From Hamiltosporidium tvaerminnensis FI-OER-3-3 (lineage: Eukaryota > Fungi > Microsporidia), in contig JAKIMF020000001.1 in the NCBI GenBank assembly GCA_022605425.2, positions 868,001 through 932,000 on the forward strand: a DNA stretch of 64,000 nucleotides, given 5' to 3'. The translations under genes were made by a program, and so were the position numbers. The notes beneath the pieces were generated by a model. It ran no database searches, was not told where the DNA came from, and saw only the letters and a program-made list of their open reading frames with translations. Below, piece after piece: positions 1 through 11,735 of the stretch (position 1 is its first letter; every line of letters begins with the position of its first letter).

Positions 1-291
1 AATTTAAATCGAGAAGCATTTTTTCAAAAAAGCACAGGAGCTATTATACTTGGATGCGGAATAATTAAACATCAAATTTTAAATGCAAATCTTTTTAGAA
101 ATGGATTAGATTTCTGTGTTTTGGTGAATACTGCAGAAGAATATAACGGTAGTGATGCAGGTGCTTCTATAGAAGAGGCTATAAGTTGGGGTAAAGTTGT
201 TCCAGATAATACAGCGGTTAAGATATTTGGTGATGCCACTATTATCTTTCCAATTTTAGTTGCCGGTTCTTTTTATAAACAAAATAAATAA
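1..291 (+). CDS. DYS1: Deoxyhypusine synthase, 3' end (truncated by window start)
   Basis: Frame 1 reads ...TGAIILGCGIIKHQILNANLFRNGLDFCVLVNTAEEYNGSDAGASIEEAISWGKV...FGDATIIFPILV...*, the diagnostic DHS C-terminal motifs (GSDAGA, EAISWGK, DATI). Not in the ORF track because no start codon lies in the window. Confidence 0.95.
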   Translation, partial: NLNREAFFQKSTGAIILGCGIIKHQILNANLFRNGLDFCVLVNTAEEYNGSDAGASIEEAISWGKVVPDNTAVKIFGDATIIFPILVAGSFYKQNK

Positions 292-695
292 AAAAATCTT
301 TTGAATAACGAATTCTTAAAAAAATTTAATTTTTAGTTAAAATTTAAATTCAATATTACAGTTCAAAGACCGTTTTTTGCTTCTTCTAACAAAATAAATG
401 TTAAATTTATTGTAATTTTTTAAAAAAAGAAACTGTCATAAGACTTTACATTATTAGAATCAAAGTAGCAATTAAATTTAAAAGTTGGAATAGTGAATTA
501 AATAAAATTAAAAAAAAGATAGAAATTGAATTTTACTAGTAAAAATATATTTTTTGATTTTATTTTTAAAAAGCAAAGAGAATAGAAAGGGAATAATTTT
601 GGAAAATAGAATTTATTTTAATTAAAAATTTATATTCCTGTATATTTTTTTTAAGGAAATAGAACATAAATTATAGAAAGGAACCGAATTTAAAG

Positions 696-1359
696 CTAAT
701 TTATATTTTTTAAGAAATTAGAAAAAACCGAAAAAAGGGTATCAATTGCCTTTAAATTTTCGAAATAAAGTTTTTTTATGGAATCCGTATCAGTTTTTCC
801 AGTGGATTGAAACAATCCTATTGTTTTTCTATGTGGAAAATATCCCAAAACGAGACTTGGAATTCTAATATTTTCTTCATTATTACTTAGATCTAGTAGA
901 GATATTCCTTTAAAGAAACAACTGGTGATTGAGATACACATATCTTTAATTTGTATACCGCAATAACATAAAAGAATTGTAACAGAATTTATCAAAGTAC
1001 TGATCAAAGAGCCATCATCTTGTTTGATCAAAATATTTATTTCTAAATAGTTTGATTCTGAAATAGAAATAATTGGTTTGAAAAGTTCGGAAAGCAATGT
1101 CTCACATTCGTCTATCTTTTTCTCATGTTTACCGCTTTCCTGTCTCGCCACATCATAAAAACTTATTTTAAATTTTATATTTTCTTTATATTGGCCTTTT
1201 TCCTTTGGGCCGTATAATATAGATCGTACTTTGGTACCACCTTGTTGTAAATCAATATATCCACATTTATTTAGATATCCACTTTTTATTGCCACTTCTC
1301 TAAGTTCATTTGGTTTTCTGCCATCATAATCGAAATCCTTCTTCTGAGATAATCTCCAT
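696..1359 (-). CDS. RRP41: Exosome RNase PH-like subunit Rrp41/Ski6, with an apparent +1 frameshift near codon 11
   Basis: ATG at 1359 gives MEIISEEGFRL. One extra base near 1326-1330, then DGRKPNELREVAIKSG joins ORF 696..1295 (GTKV..YGP, QDDGS..LINS..L..GIQIKD). CCT motif just upstream of the ATG. Confidence 0.85.
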
Positions 1360-1519
1360 TTAAGGATGACAAATAGTTTCGGTATTTATAAAGTAATAAT
1401 ATAATTTTACAAAAATTTGAGGGAGTGAAAAATCCAAATTTTTTGCAATGATATGGCGAAATAAAAACGAAAAAATTCATAACTAAAAAACATAAAAATT
1501 AAATTTTTTTTACGTAACT

Positions 1520-2275
1520 AACACTGGTAAGTTGATGGTCTAAGCTCCCTGCAATTAACAATGTCCCTAAATATAAATACAAAAGGATTATATTCTTTTA
1601 TATTGAAAACAAAGAATGGAATACTAACAGAGAAATCAGCTCCAAATGATACGTACTACCAGAAGGTTAGGTCCCTTCTAAAGATAGCTAGAACTTAATG
1701 ATACACAGAAATCGGAAAATATAGCAAAGAAATCGCCTATTTAATTCATTTATAAAAATATATGAGAAGATTTCATTAGAGTTAAATTTTTTACTTCTAA
1801 TTGAAATCCGAAGAAGATATTATTCACCATAAGGAAACTGCGATATCGTTAGTTAAGTATAATGTGAACGTAAGCAGACTTGAAATGGCACGATTCTTTG
1901 GTTGAAAGGATGGAAGTTTACTGATGAATAAGAATACACATCATGATATGTTGTCCTTTTGTATCCTCGAATAGTAACTTAAGAAAAGCAATATATTTTT
2001 AATTAGGATGCAAATGCGTGTTTCTGAAACCTTTACATTCCAAAGAAAACAGTATAGCGGTATCACCCCATAAGAGCATCACTCTTCGAAGAGGAAAATA
2101 TGGACAAACGCAGTCTTGCAAAAAGAAATTCTATCCCAATAAAATATAGTTTGGAAGTAAAAATAACCCAGAAAGTTTAAAAACCAAACTATTATAGTTT
2201 AACGAAACTAAAAATGAAAGCTTACATTCAAAGTTATATAAAACTAGAAATAAAGAGCCAATAAATTTTATTTCA
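1520..2275 (+). mobile_element. Highly decayed fragment of the RLE non-LTR retrotransposon family
   Basis: gagaaatcagctccaaatgatacgt (~1630) matches gagaagtcagccacaaatgatacgt of the RT region (~7950). No intact ORF; boundaries approximate. Confidence 0.5.
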
Positions 2276-2529
2276 TCCCGAAATGGCATAATAAAAGATG
2301 CGCAGACCATCTGGAGAGGTAATATTTGGAGACCTGCAGAATGGAATGCTCTTTTTAGTAGAGAATATCAGTACCAACATTGCAAAATTCTAGAAAATTG
2401 ATAGTATATTAAGCGATCTGATGTAAAAAAATACATGCCATGAAACTCTTAGATATAATTGAAATGTTATTATGCAATTATTTACTTAGAATAAATCGAT
2501 ATGAATATATTTCTTTAAAACAGATCAGG

Positions 2530-2703
2530 ATCCCCCTAGTTGGTGCACAGTTTATCTTTCCTTTGGAAAGTTTGCATATGGCTGACAACTCAACCAATCA
2601 AAAGAAAATTTTCTTTGGAACGCCTATAACTTATGGAAGGTTATGATCTATCGTTAGATTGTGTTCCACCCGTAAGGAAGGAGCAGCCTACTAAATAAAT
2701 AAA
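2530..2703 (+). mobile_element. 5'-truncated tRNA-derived SINE (family S1) with (TAAA)n tail
   Basis: Flanked by a 14-bp direct repeat TAAAACAGATCAGG (2516-2529 and 2704-2717). The body (gaaagtttgc..ggctgacaac..aaccaatcaaaa..gttccacc..ggaagg..ctaaataaataaa) is homologous to the reverse complement of 35327-35560. Confidence 0.8.
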
Positions 2704-2719
2704 TAAAACAGATCAGGTG

Positions 2720-2942
2720 GTCGAGAGAGTATACGCTATTAAAAACTATCTTTTTGGCAATGAGTGGTTGAATATGTGCGAGATTCATAGCTGCCATTGT
2801 GGTGAGATATAAACTACCCGGATTTATAGGAATCCAATATAATCCCGATTTAAAACAGATTTAAATAGACAAATAATAAGCTTTCATTTGTCCATTCTCG
2901 ACACGAGAGGTAAAAGTGGAATGGAAATATAAATTAAGAAAT
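2720..2942 (+). mobile_element. ~220-nt non-coding retroposon-like element (family S2) whose 5' head resembles the 730-nt element
   Basis: Flanked by TAAAACAGATCAGGTG (2704-2719) and TAAAACAGATAAGGTG (2943-2958). The 3' 150 nt are homologous to 44653-44800. The head aaaaactatctttttggcaatgagtggttgaa resembles aaaaactttctgcttggcaatgagtgtgtgaa of the 730-nt element. Confidence 0.65.
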
Positions 2943-3828
2943 TAAAACAGATAAGGTGTTACTCAATTCGGAGAATGCTAAAATATGATATACAAAAACA
3001 AGAAAACAATACCTAAATTAAAACAGTTTAAATTCTAAACAATTGTCTTGATATTTATATTTAATATAAGAGGTAAAAAAAATCGTTCAATCATCAAGTA
3101 GGAATTTCTGCTCAAGATTCGCTTCAAGTTTATTAAACAAGAATTCTAGGAAAGTATGACTTCTTGGTTAATTATCTTTGTTTTCTATATATGTAGTGTA
3201 TGAATAATCAGTTATGAGGTAAACCGAGAAGGCAAAATACCATAGAACCATCTTAAAGGTTCTGATAGCGATGAATGCAGAGGTATACAAATAATCGAAG
3301 TTTAAAAAGACCGTCGATATATTTTTTTAGGTTAATAGAAGAGAACGATTCAAAAAAGAACTTTTGCTTATATTTAAAAGAGGCTATGCCGGTGTAAACA
3401 ATAATTCGAAGGCTAAAGTTACAAATATTCTTCAAGAGAACCAAGATCGAAGCCATAGCGTAAAAACTTTTGAAAAATAAATAAATTATGTCTTATCTTC
3501 GAATACATAGCCACATTGGAGAATCCGAAATCAAATGTAAAAGAATAGTCGGATTTAGAAGTTATGATATTATTAAAGTAATTTAAAAAAAATCATTAAG
3601 TTAAATAAACAAATGTTTACATTTATTTTCAATGGATGAAATATTTCCTTTAAATTAAGTTCAAAGGTAAATGTTCAAATATTGATGTTCAATAAGGTCT
3701 TATAAAATTAATAATTGCCACTTCGTGCTCTTTTTGCGTAGAATCAATTTATTTTGATCATTAAATTATAAAGTTTCTTTAGATAGTCTATTCAAAAAAA
3801 TTGTGCAGAAAAATTAAATATTGAAATT

Positions 3829-5263
3829 TTAATCAATAAAAATAGCTTCATAAAGCCGAATATAAAATAAAAACACTTCTCTTATTATCTGACAAACGAT
3901 TAATATTATTTCCTCAGAATAATTGTCGGTTTTTTTCATCGCAATTGTTATCAAATTAGTATACAAATATAAAATTATACTATCCTCATATATTTTCTTT
4001 ACAATTTCGCTTGTAAAAACTTTACACTTCCAGCAAATTAGATTCATCAGTTGTTCCAAATTTTTTATCAGAATAATCTTGGTAAAATTTCAAAAGAAAT
4101 TTCTTTATTGATCTTAAAATTTTGATTATAACTTATTCGTTTGTAGTTTGAAATTCATCAAATATTTCTAATTTTCTTGTAGATTCTTCTTCTTGGGATG
4201 AAATTAGCTTTTTGAAGATATCAAAAAGAGTGTTTGGATTATCTAACTAATTTAGTATAGCATCTTTTTGATCTATTAATATATAGAGAATTGTTTTTAT
4301 GTACCAAAATACAAGAGATTCTAGTTCTTTCTGAACCAAATCAAGACTCTCATCCTTTTCCACTCTTTGCTTGATTTTGCTTAATTTTTCTTTACACTCT
4401 TCAATCTTGTGAATGTAAGAAGATAAAAAATCTTTTATTTCATCAGCCATTTTAACATAAAAATTCAATATATTAATAAGCATTTGCTTTAATACCTTAT
4501 CCGAAAATATATTTTTAAGAAGTGAACCATATATATTTTTTTTATCAAATATATTGGCTTTATGAAAAAGAAAAATGAAAAAGGCTTTCAAATCATTATT
4601 GTTTAGCGAAATTTTTATTGATTTGAAAGTATCAAAATTATTGTTATTAGGTTTTGTTAGGGTTATATCTACCAAGCTATGATTGAAGGTTGCATTCAAG
4701 ATACCGAAATTTTCAATATTATTTTGCAATTCTTTGATTAAATTTTCAAGTTTACGAATGAAATTTATCTCAGATGAATTTTTTGTTATAAATAATCCAA
4801 ATCGAGCCAAAAAACCGGGATTGTATTTAGATTTGAATATTTTCAATTTATATAATGAAAATATATAAGGTGGCATAACCAAATTCCACTTCTTGATATT
4901 TTCAATAAAATTTATTCGTTTATCCGCTTGCATATTTACGATTCCATTGCCTCTTTGGTTTGCAATCTTAAATATTTCAGAGTTTGTATCGAAAATATTA
5001 TCTACGGTATAATATGAATAACATAAACATAGGTTATTTATATTCCAATATTTAATATTTGCAATTCCAAAATTATTATTTTCTCTATATTGGTTTTTCA
5101 AAAGTTTTCCCAGTGGTGATTCTTCAAATTCACAAAACTCTTTTAAAATTTGGCTTTTCATTTTTCTACCAGAATAAATAGAAATAAATATAAATAATCC
5201 AAAGGATAGTACACTTGCTAATGTTATAGATATAATCAACTTTCGGTTTTTGAATATTTTCAT
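3829..5263 (-). pseudogene. Lineage-specific multigene-family member with hydrophobic N-terminus, interrupted in its 3' third
   Basis: ORF 4247..5263 stops at TAG where the paralogue (48208-49653) has Y (ILN*LDNPN vs VCNYLDDPD). Homology continues through further stops and a frameshift to ...YIRLYEAIFID* at 3829. Confidence 0.7.
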
Positions 5264-6625
5264 AATTTAAAAAAAATCTTACATATATATAGTTTTATCA
5301 TTAACTATATTTGTATAAATGTGAAAAAAAGACTATTCCATTTCTTAAAAATTATTCCCGATGTTTTTTTTATATTCTATTTTCAAAATAAGTATATTTA
5401 AAGTTTTTTTGAAAAACTCTAGAATCAAGTAATTAATTAAAAAAATCTAGGATCAACGAATAGAACAGATGACATAATGAACACTTCAAATATATCTCTA
5501 ATTTCTTTATTTTTTTAATTGTTACTTTCAAAAACATTCTATGATATAAAATTCAACAAATAAAAAGATATATAGCAAGAAATATATTTAATTTCATCTA
5601 GAGTTGAATTGAAGATAATCTCATTAAAAAACTTTTGCTTTGCTATAAGTATTTCAAATATGCGTAAAATGTATTGTTTGCATCAAAGTAGGCTAAAAAC
5701 GAGACTAAATAAAAGTTCGTTTTGGGAAATTTTACGGATGGGAATGTTCAGACTAAATCTAAACTTTTTCTACAAAGAAGTTTGGTGTGTTTTTTAGTAA
5801 ATATACCGTCGAAGAAAGCTGAACTTGTATGTGATTGACAGGAAACATTATATAAACCGGTCTTAGACTCAAATCAAAAGAAATAACATCTGATACACGA
5901 AAAAACATACAATTTAAAAAATCTGAAAAAGTAATTAGCATATTCTTTTTGTTGTTATGACATTACACACATAGTTAGAGTTTAAACAAGTTGCCAAAAT
6001 ATTTCATAGCTGGAAATATTTTCGGTTATTAAGTTTTAGAGTAAGCAAACGCGACATTGTCTTGTGTTAACCGAATTGGGTTTCTTCCGAAATGACAAAT
6101 CAGGCAAGAGACGTTAAAAAGCAACAAATAACCTCTTAGGCAATTCCATAGGCTTTACTCACATTTAAATGAAAGTTTTTGGGAGGAAGTATGGTAGGAA
6201 GTACCGTAAAGTTTTGTGGAGCAGTTATTAATATTAAGTATATAATTTTGTTAATGTCATCAAAATAATAAAAAATATGCTTTTTTTTCAAAATAATGTA
6301 ATTTTAAATTTTTGAATTATTATTTTTTTAATTTTATTTGCTTTTCGTAGAGTTTTGCAAACATTACTTTTTCCAGAAAATTAATTTAGCTCAATTCTGG
6401 AATACCTGCTTAGGAAGTATTGCAGCATTGGAAGATTTCGAAAAGAAATGAAAAAAATGTCTCAAAGCATTTTTTAAGTATTATGAGGTTTTATTGCTAT
6501 ATCTATTTTAATACTGTTTTTTTCGGTTATAAATTTCACAAATTCTATAATTTCTTTCGCAGCTTGAAGAGAAGTCTCAGCAATTTATATTTTTCATGAA
6601 TTTTTAAAAATATAGTGAAACATCT

Positions 6626-9609
6626 TATGCTATGACGAGGCAACACGTAAAGAGAAGCTTAGATCCGCTTGGAAGGAAAACATAGAAAGTAAAATTTCTA
6701 AGTTAGTACTTTCCAAAGATCTCCTCGAGAAAGCTCGTAAGCAGGAAAAGCTCTCCACTTCGGAAACGAAGAGCCTTAAGAAAATCATGCGAGAGTTTAA
6801 TTTAAACTTGAGCAGCGTAACTGATCTTTCTGAGGCTTTAGTTAAGAAGAATGAGTCTTTGAATGTGTACGAGAAAAAAATTACGATGCATGAAAGTAGG
6901 AAGCAATTCCGAAAAGAGAATCGTATGTTTGAGCTTTTCCGAGGTCGATTTTATCGTGGGTTATCCGAGCGTGTGGAATCCGAGCATGTGGTTAGCCGTG
7001 ATGAAATTGTGAGTTTTTGGTCTACAATGTGGAACAAAAATGATGACACAGTCACGTACGATGATTATTTGATTACATTTGTATCAGATAATCATCCGAC
7101 CACGTTTCCTTCACTTGATGAATTTGTGAATATCATTAATTGGCTCCCTAATTGGAAAGCTGCTGGAATTGATGGTATTTACAATTTTTTCATTAAGAAA
7201 CTTACAACTCTTCACAAATATCTTTATGATATTGTGAAAGTTATATGTTTAGAAGGAACACCTCAAGCTGATTGGTTTTACTGCGGGCTTACGTATTTGA
7301 TACCGAAAGGAATTCCACGAAGAGGCTCTGACTACAGGCCAATCACTTGTATGTCCAACCTCTATAAGTTAACGACAAAGTGTGTAACGAAAGTCGTTCA
7401 ACTTGAAGTGGAAAGGCGAGGGTTGCTTGCAGAGAACCAACTAGGGGCGGTAAGAGGTGTGCAGGGAGCGAAAGAGCAGGCTCTACTGAATATTGCCTTA
7501 AATAAAGAGTATGGAAATAATCTTAAGGCAACATGGATTGATGTTAAAAAAGCTTATGATTCAATAGATCATGCTTATTTAACTCAATGCATTGAAAACC
7601 TTTATTTACCTGATTGGATCCTGAAATTTATTAAGGTAATTATATCAAAATGGAAAATTGATATATCAGTAGGGCCTGAAAAAATCATGAGCAAGAAGAT
7701 TGATAGAGGGATTCTACAAGGAGATAGTCTGTCACCTTTGTTATTTGTGTTGTGTATGGATCCATTAAGCCGAAAGCTTAATGAAAAATACACAAAAGTG
7801 ACAGTACAAACAGATGCAGAATCCCATTCTACTAATCATCTCTTGTTTATTGATGATCTTAAGCTCCTTGCAAAAGACAGCTCCACATTGAGTGCTATGA
7901 CAGGCGAGGCAAAGGAATTTTTAGAGGTGATTGGCTTAGAGATTAACAAAGAGAAGTCAGCCACAAATGATACGTGTTGTGAAGATACTGCTACTCTTCT
8001 AGAAGGTGTTAGTGTTTACAAATATTTAGGAATAATAGAAGATAGCAGAGGAATCCCAACACGTAGCTCATTTGAAGAAGTACAGAGCAAACTTATATCA
8101 AGAGTTGAAAGACTTTGTCACACTAGATTAAACGCAAAAAATTTATTTTCTGCAATCAATCAACATGCGATATCGTTAATCAACTACCACATAGGAGTAC
8201 TTCGACTTGAACCGGCTGACTTCTCTAAGTTAGATGAGGCAGTGCGTGCGGTGTTGGTTAAAAATAAGATACATCTCCGCCCAGGATGTAAAGAGCGGTT
8301 GTATCTTCCTAGAACAGAACTTGGAAGAGGCCTACATAGTGTTGAGTTGCGAAGCGAACATATGCTTCTGCAACTCTTGGATTGTCTGGAAAAAAGTAAA
8401 GAAATATCAACTAGACGAGCAGCAATCCTCAAGGTGGAGAATAATAATAAAACCCATCTTGCACTAATAAAAGGCTTCTTAAAAGTAAAGTACAGGTTGG
8501 TAGAAGAAGTCACTAAGAAAAGTTTAGAAGAAGCTCAACTTGCAAAACTATATAACGAAATAGAAAAACGAAAACTCCATTCAAAGTTATATAATGCAAG
8601 GAAAAATGAGCTTGTGAGTGTTAGTGACTCTTCAAGATGGCTAAAGAGAGGAAATATTAGGCCACGAAATGAAGCTGTGTTCTGCTATATCCAGGATAGA
8701 AATGTATTCTGGGGAGCAGATGGTGTGTGTCAACATTGCGGGAAGTCTGGTAAGACTGTGGATCATCTAGCAACTAGATGTGAAAAAATGCTAGGCCATG
8801 ATTACACTAGACGGCATAATGAAGTGGTTAGATGCCTACACTTACTTCTCCTAAATTGATATAAGTTTAAGTCTTCAAAACGAATAAGGAGCCACTCAGT
8901 TCAAGAAATTCTTGATAATGAGTATGCAGAGATAAGAGTGGACACCAGAATTAAAACTGATGTTAAAATTCGGAATAACAGACCGGACATATTTATTTTA
9001 GATAAGAAGAAGAATAAGATAACACTCATTGAACTAGGAATCACTTCCCAAGATTCACTTCAAATAGTTGAAACTGAAAAACTTAGGAAGTATGACCTGC
9101 TAGCCAATGAGTTGGGCCTTATTTATAGGTGTAGTGTTGAGATAATCCCTTATGTGATGACCTGGGACGGTATTGTGACAAAATACCATAAATCTTATCT
9201 TAAAAGACTAGAAATACCCATGAATGTAGAGGCATACATTCAGTCTATAGCACTTAAGAAAACAGTCGAAACTATTTCCTTTGATCGACGAAGAGGACTT
9301 GAGTCAGGACTAAATGCCGAAGAGAGCTGGGAGAGAGCGTCAATGGGTGTTATTATGAGATCAGAGATGCATGAGGAACCAATACCCCCTTTAAAAGAAG
9401 CGAAAACAGAGGAAGATGGTGCCAAAAATTTTAAACCAAAATATAAAGCCCCCTTTATTTTACAAGGAGGAACCACTTTAGAGGAACCGACCAATAACAT
9501 AAATGAAGAGTCGGATTTGGAAGAAGAGACAAAAGTGGTCAAAGAGGTAGAAGAAAACATGTAAAAATGGTAAAAAATATTTTAACCCAGAATTTTATTA
9601 AATAAAAAT
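6626..9609 (+). mobile_element. R4/Dong-like (RLE-clade) non-LTR retrotransposon, young 5'-truncated copy 1
   Basis: RT motifs (YRPITC, DVKKAYDS, GILQGDSLSPLLF, FIDD), CCHC knuckle CQHC-x8-H-x4-C, RHNEVV, and PD-(D/E)xK nuclease (RPDI..IELG..EKLRKY). 13-bp TSD TAGTGAAACATCT at 6613-6625 and 9610-9622. In-frame TGA at 8857-8859 splits ORFs 6787..8859 and 8938..9564. Confidence 0.95.
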
Positions 9610-11231
9610 TAGTGAAACATCTAGAGCTTTGGTTTTTGCAATTAAATTTTACTTTGAAAATTTTAAACGTGGAACAAATTATTTTCATTAAAGAAATTTC
9701 ATAATTTAAATGTGATACTTGGAAATTATATCTGCCCTGCTATATTTTTTAGCTAGCTTCGTTTTTGTTTATATCACTCTAATTACAGCTAATTTGGTAA
9801 AGTATGGTTTTCTGTTTGATCAAGGTTTTCTTCTATGAATATTAATGTGGTAAACACATTCTTATATTCGGCATTCTAGTTTCTTTTTATGATCAAGTTA
9901 CTTTCATTCCTATTTGTTTTCTTGCTGACTAATTAGCTAAATATAAGATCTGGATATTATTTATATGTAAATTTTAGTATTATTATTTTCTTAAAATGGT
10001 ATTTTTATGATTTACTAATGTCTAATTTCAGATTATTAGCTAAGGTTTTAAACGAGAATTGCTATATATTCATCACTTCTTAAAAAATTAATACTAGAAA
10101 TAACTATTATTTAATAAAGTTTTTTTTATTTTCATTGTATAAATTTTTATATACTTCATAATAAAGATTTTTCAAAGTCTATAGAAACTTTTTAGCGCAT
10201 TTATGTAAAAAAACAAGTTTGTAATTGTATATTTGGACATAAAATTGTGTTTTATTTTGTTATTAAGATCTCCTATACATTCAAGAAAATTTCTTGCCAT
10301 TATCGCAATATCCATTTAATAAGTAACCATTTTAGAAGGGGATTTTTGTTATCCCGATCATATAGAGTATAAGAATTCGGCGCATTTCTTGTTTCATGTC
10401 TTTCGCGTTGCTATAGTCTGAATCAAAACAGTAGTGCAAAATTAGTCGACTTTTTAACGCTTGCAAATATTTGAGACATGTTTTAACTACATAGATAGTT
10501 TTGTAATCTCTCAGTCAATAATTCTAAACGTTTTTAATTCTTCCTGTGAGTATACAAAATCATTTGAAAAATAATAATTATTAAAATCTAACGAAGCCCA
10601 TTTTATTCAAGTATTATCGGAATCAGTTTAAAAGATATTTACATAGGCTAACTGATTATTTCTTTATATTTTGAAAAAATTGAAGAGTAAATTGGTTAAT
10701 ATTTGCCTGATTTTATAAATAATTCCTAATAAATTTTTTTCTATAATAACTTTAAATGATATTAGGCCGAATAATTTTACACCATAATTTAATAATTCTC
10801 ATGTAATGTCTATATTCTGGCATATATCTGTTCAAAATGCTTGAAAATAATTCCAAATCATTTGTTGCGTTAAATTAAGAAAATCAAAGATTGGAAAGAA
10901 TGAAATCAAAATAAATGATATAGTTCATAATACAAAAAAACTCAAATATATAAAAATTCAATATTTGTACTACAATTGACACCGATAAATAAATAAATTA
11001 CACATGTGAAAAACCTCAGAATTAAACTTCTAATTATAGATATAAGAGTAAATCACCAAACTACCTCAAACAAAGGACAAATTTAATGGGTAAACATAAG
11101 CAAAAGCAATACATTTGTTAAAAAAAAATTTTAAAAATTTATTTGAGAGTATTTCATTTTTTTCAAAATAATATTATTCTCATATTTTTTAAGAATAGAA
11201 AAATATTTAAAAGGGAAAAAAACGTACACTT

Positions 11232-11735
11232 TTATTTTTTTAAACTACTCAAACTCTTAGTTGCTGAATCCAGAAAAGACAATACATTCCCAGTTATCTG
11301 CATACCTTCTAACTCCTCAAAACTTCTACTCTCAATCTTAGATGTTAAAACATCGGTTTCTGTTTCAATAACCATACCCTCGTCAATAAAATTATTAAGT
11401 AATACCAATACCAAATCATATTTAGAAACAATACTTTCTTTATTTACAGATCCACTTATAATATAATTTAAACTGTTATAAAAGACATCTAACAACTTTT
11501 CAGCAAAAATATCATTTTTTTCAGAATCTAAACATATAAAAATTATAATATTATTCACTATTTTATATATAACTAACATATCTTCAATAATAGTTATATC
11601 AGATTTTTCTGATATAATTTTCTTATAAATCGTATTTACGTCACACTGAGTACGTGAATAGTTTCTTTCAATAATTATATTACCATCTTCATCTAATACT
11701 GTAATGCTCTGTACATCGTAAACTGACAACTTCAT
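11232..11735 (-). CDS. RET3: Coatomer subunit zeta (longin/sigma-like)
   Basis: 167 aa with VLDEDGN..Y, YDLVLVLLNNFIDEGMVIET and C-terminal LSFLDSATKSL typical of zeta-COP. AAACCCT immediately precedes the ATG. Confidence 0.8.
   Translation of the reverse strand: MKLSVYDVQSITVLDEDGNIIIERNYSRTQCDVNTIYKKIISEKSDITIIEDMLVIYKIVNNIIIFICLDSEKNDIFAEKLLDVFYNSLNYIISGSVNKESIVSKYDLVLVLLNNFIDEGMVIETETDVLTSKIESRSFEELEGMQITGNVLSFLDSATKSLSSLKK

Noticed and set aside
7602-8513. Antisense and alternate-frame ORFs over the RT (also 13011-13940 and 30110-31039)
   Set aside because: Shadow frames of the retrotransposon ORF, repeated only because the element is repeated.
8857-8859. Genome-wide TGA reassignment (alternative genetic code)
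   Set aside because: TGA terminates host genes normally here (42638, 59422), and no intact host ORF requires an internal in-frame TGA.
10330-10520. Possible copia-like RNase H remnant (VVK..LKYL..FDSDY on the - strand) and possible copia RT traces near 18930-19130
   Set aside because: Only a few residues of resemblance, with no ORF or LTR; cannot be supported by eye.
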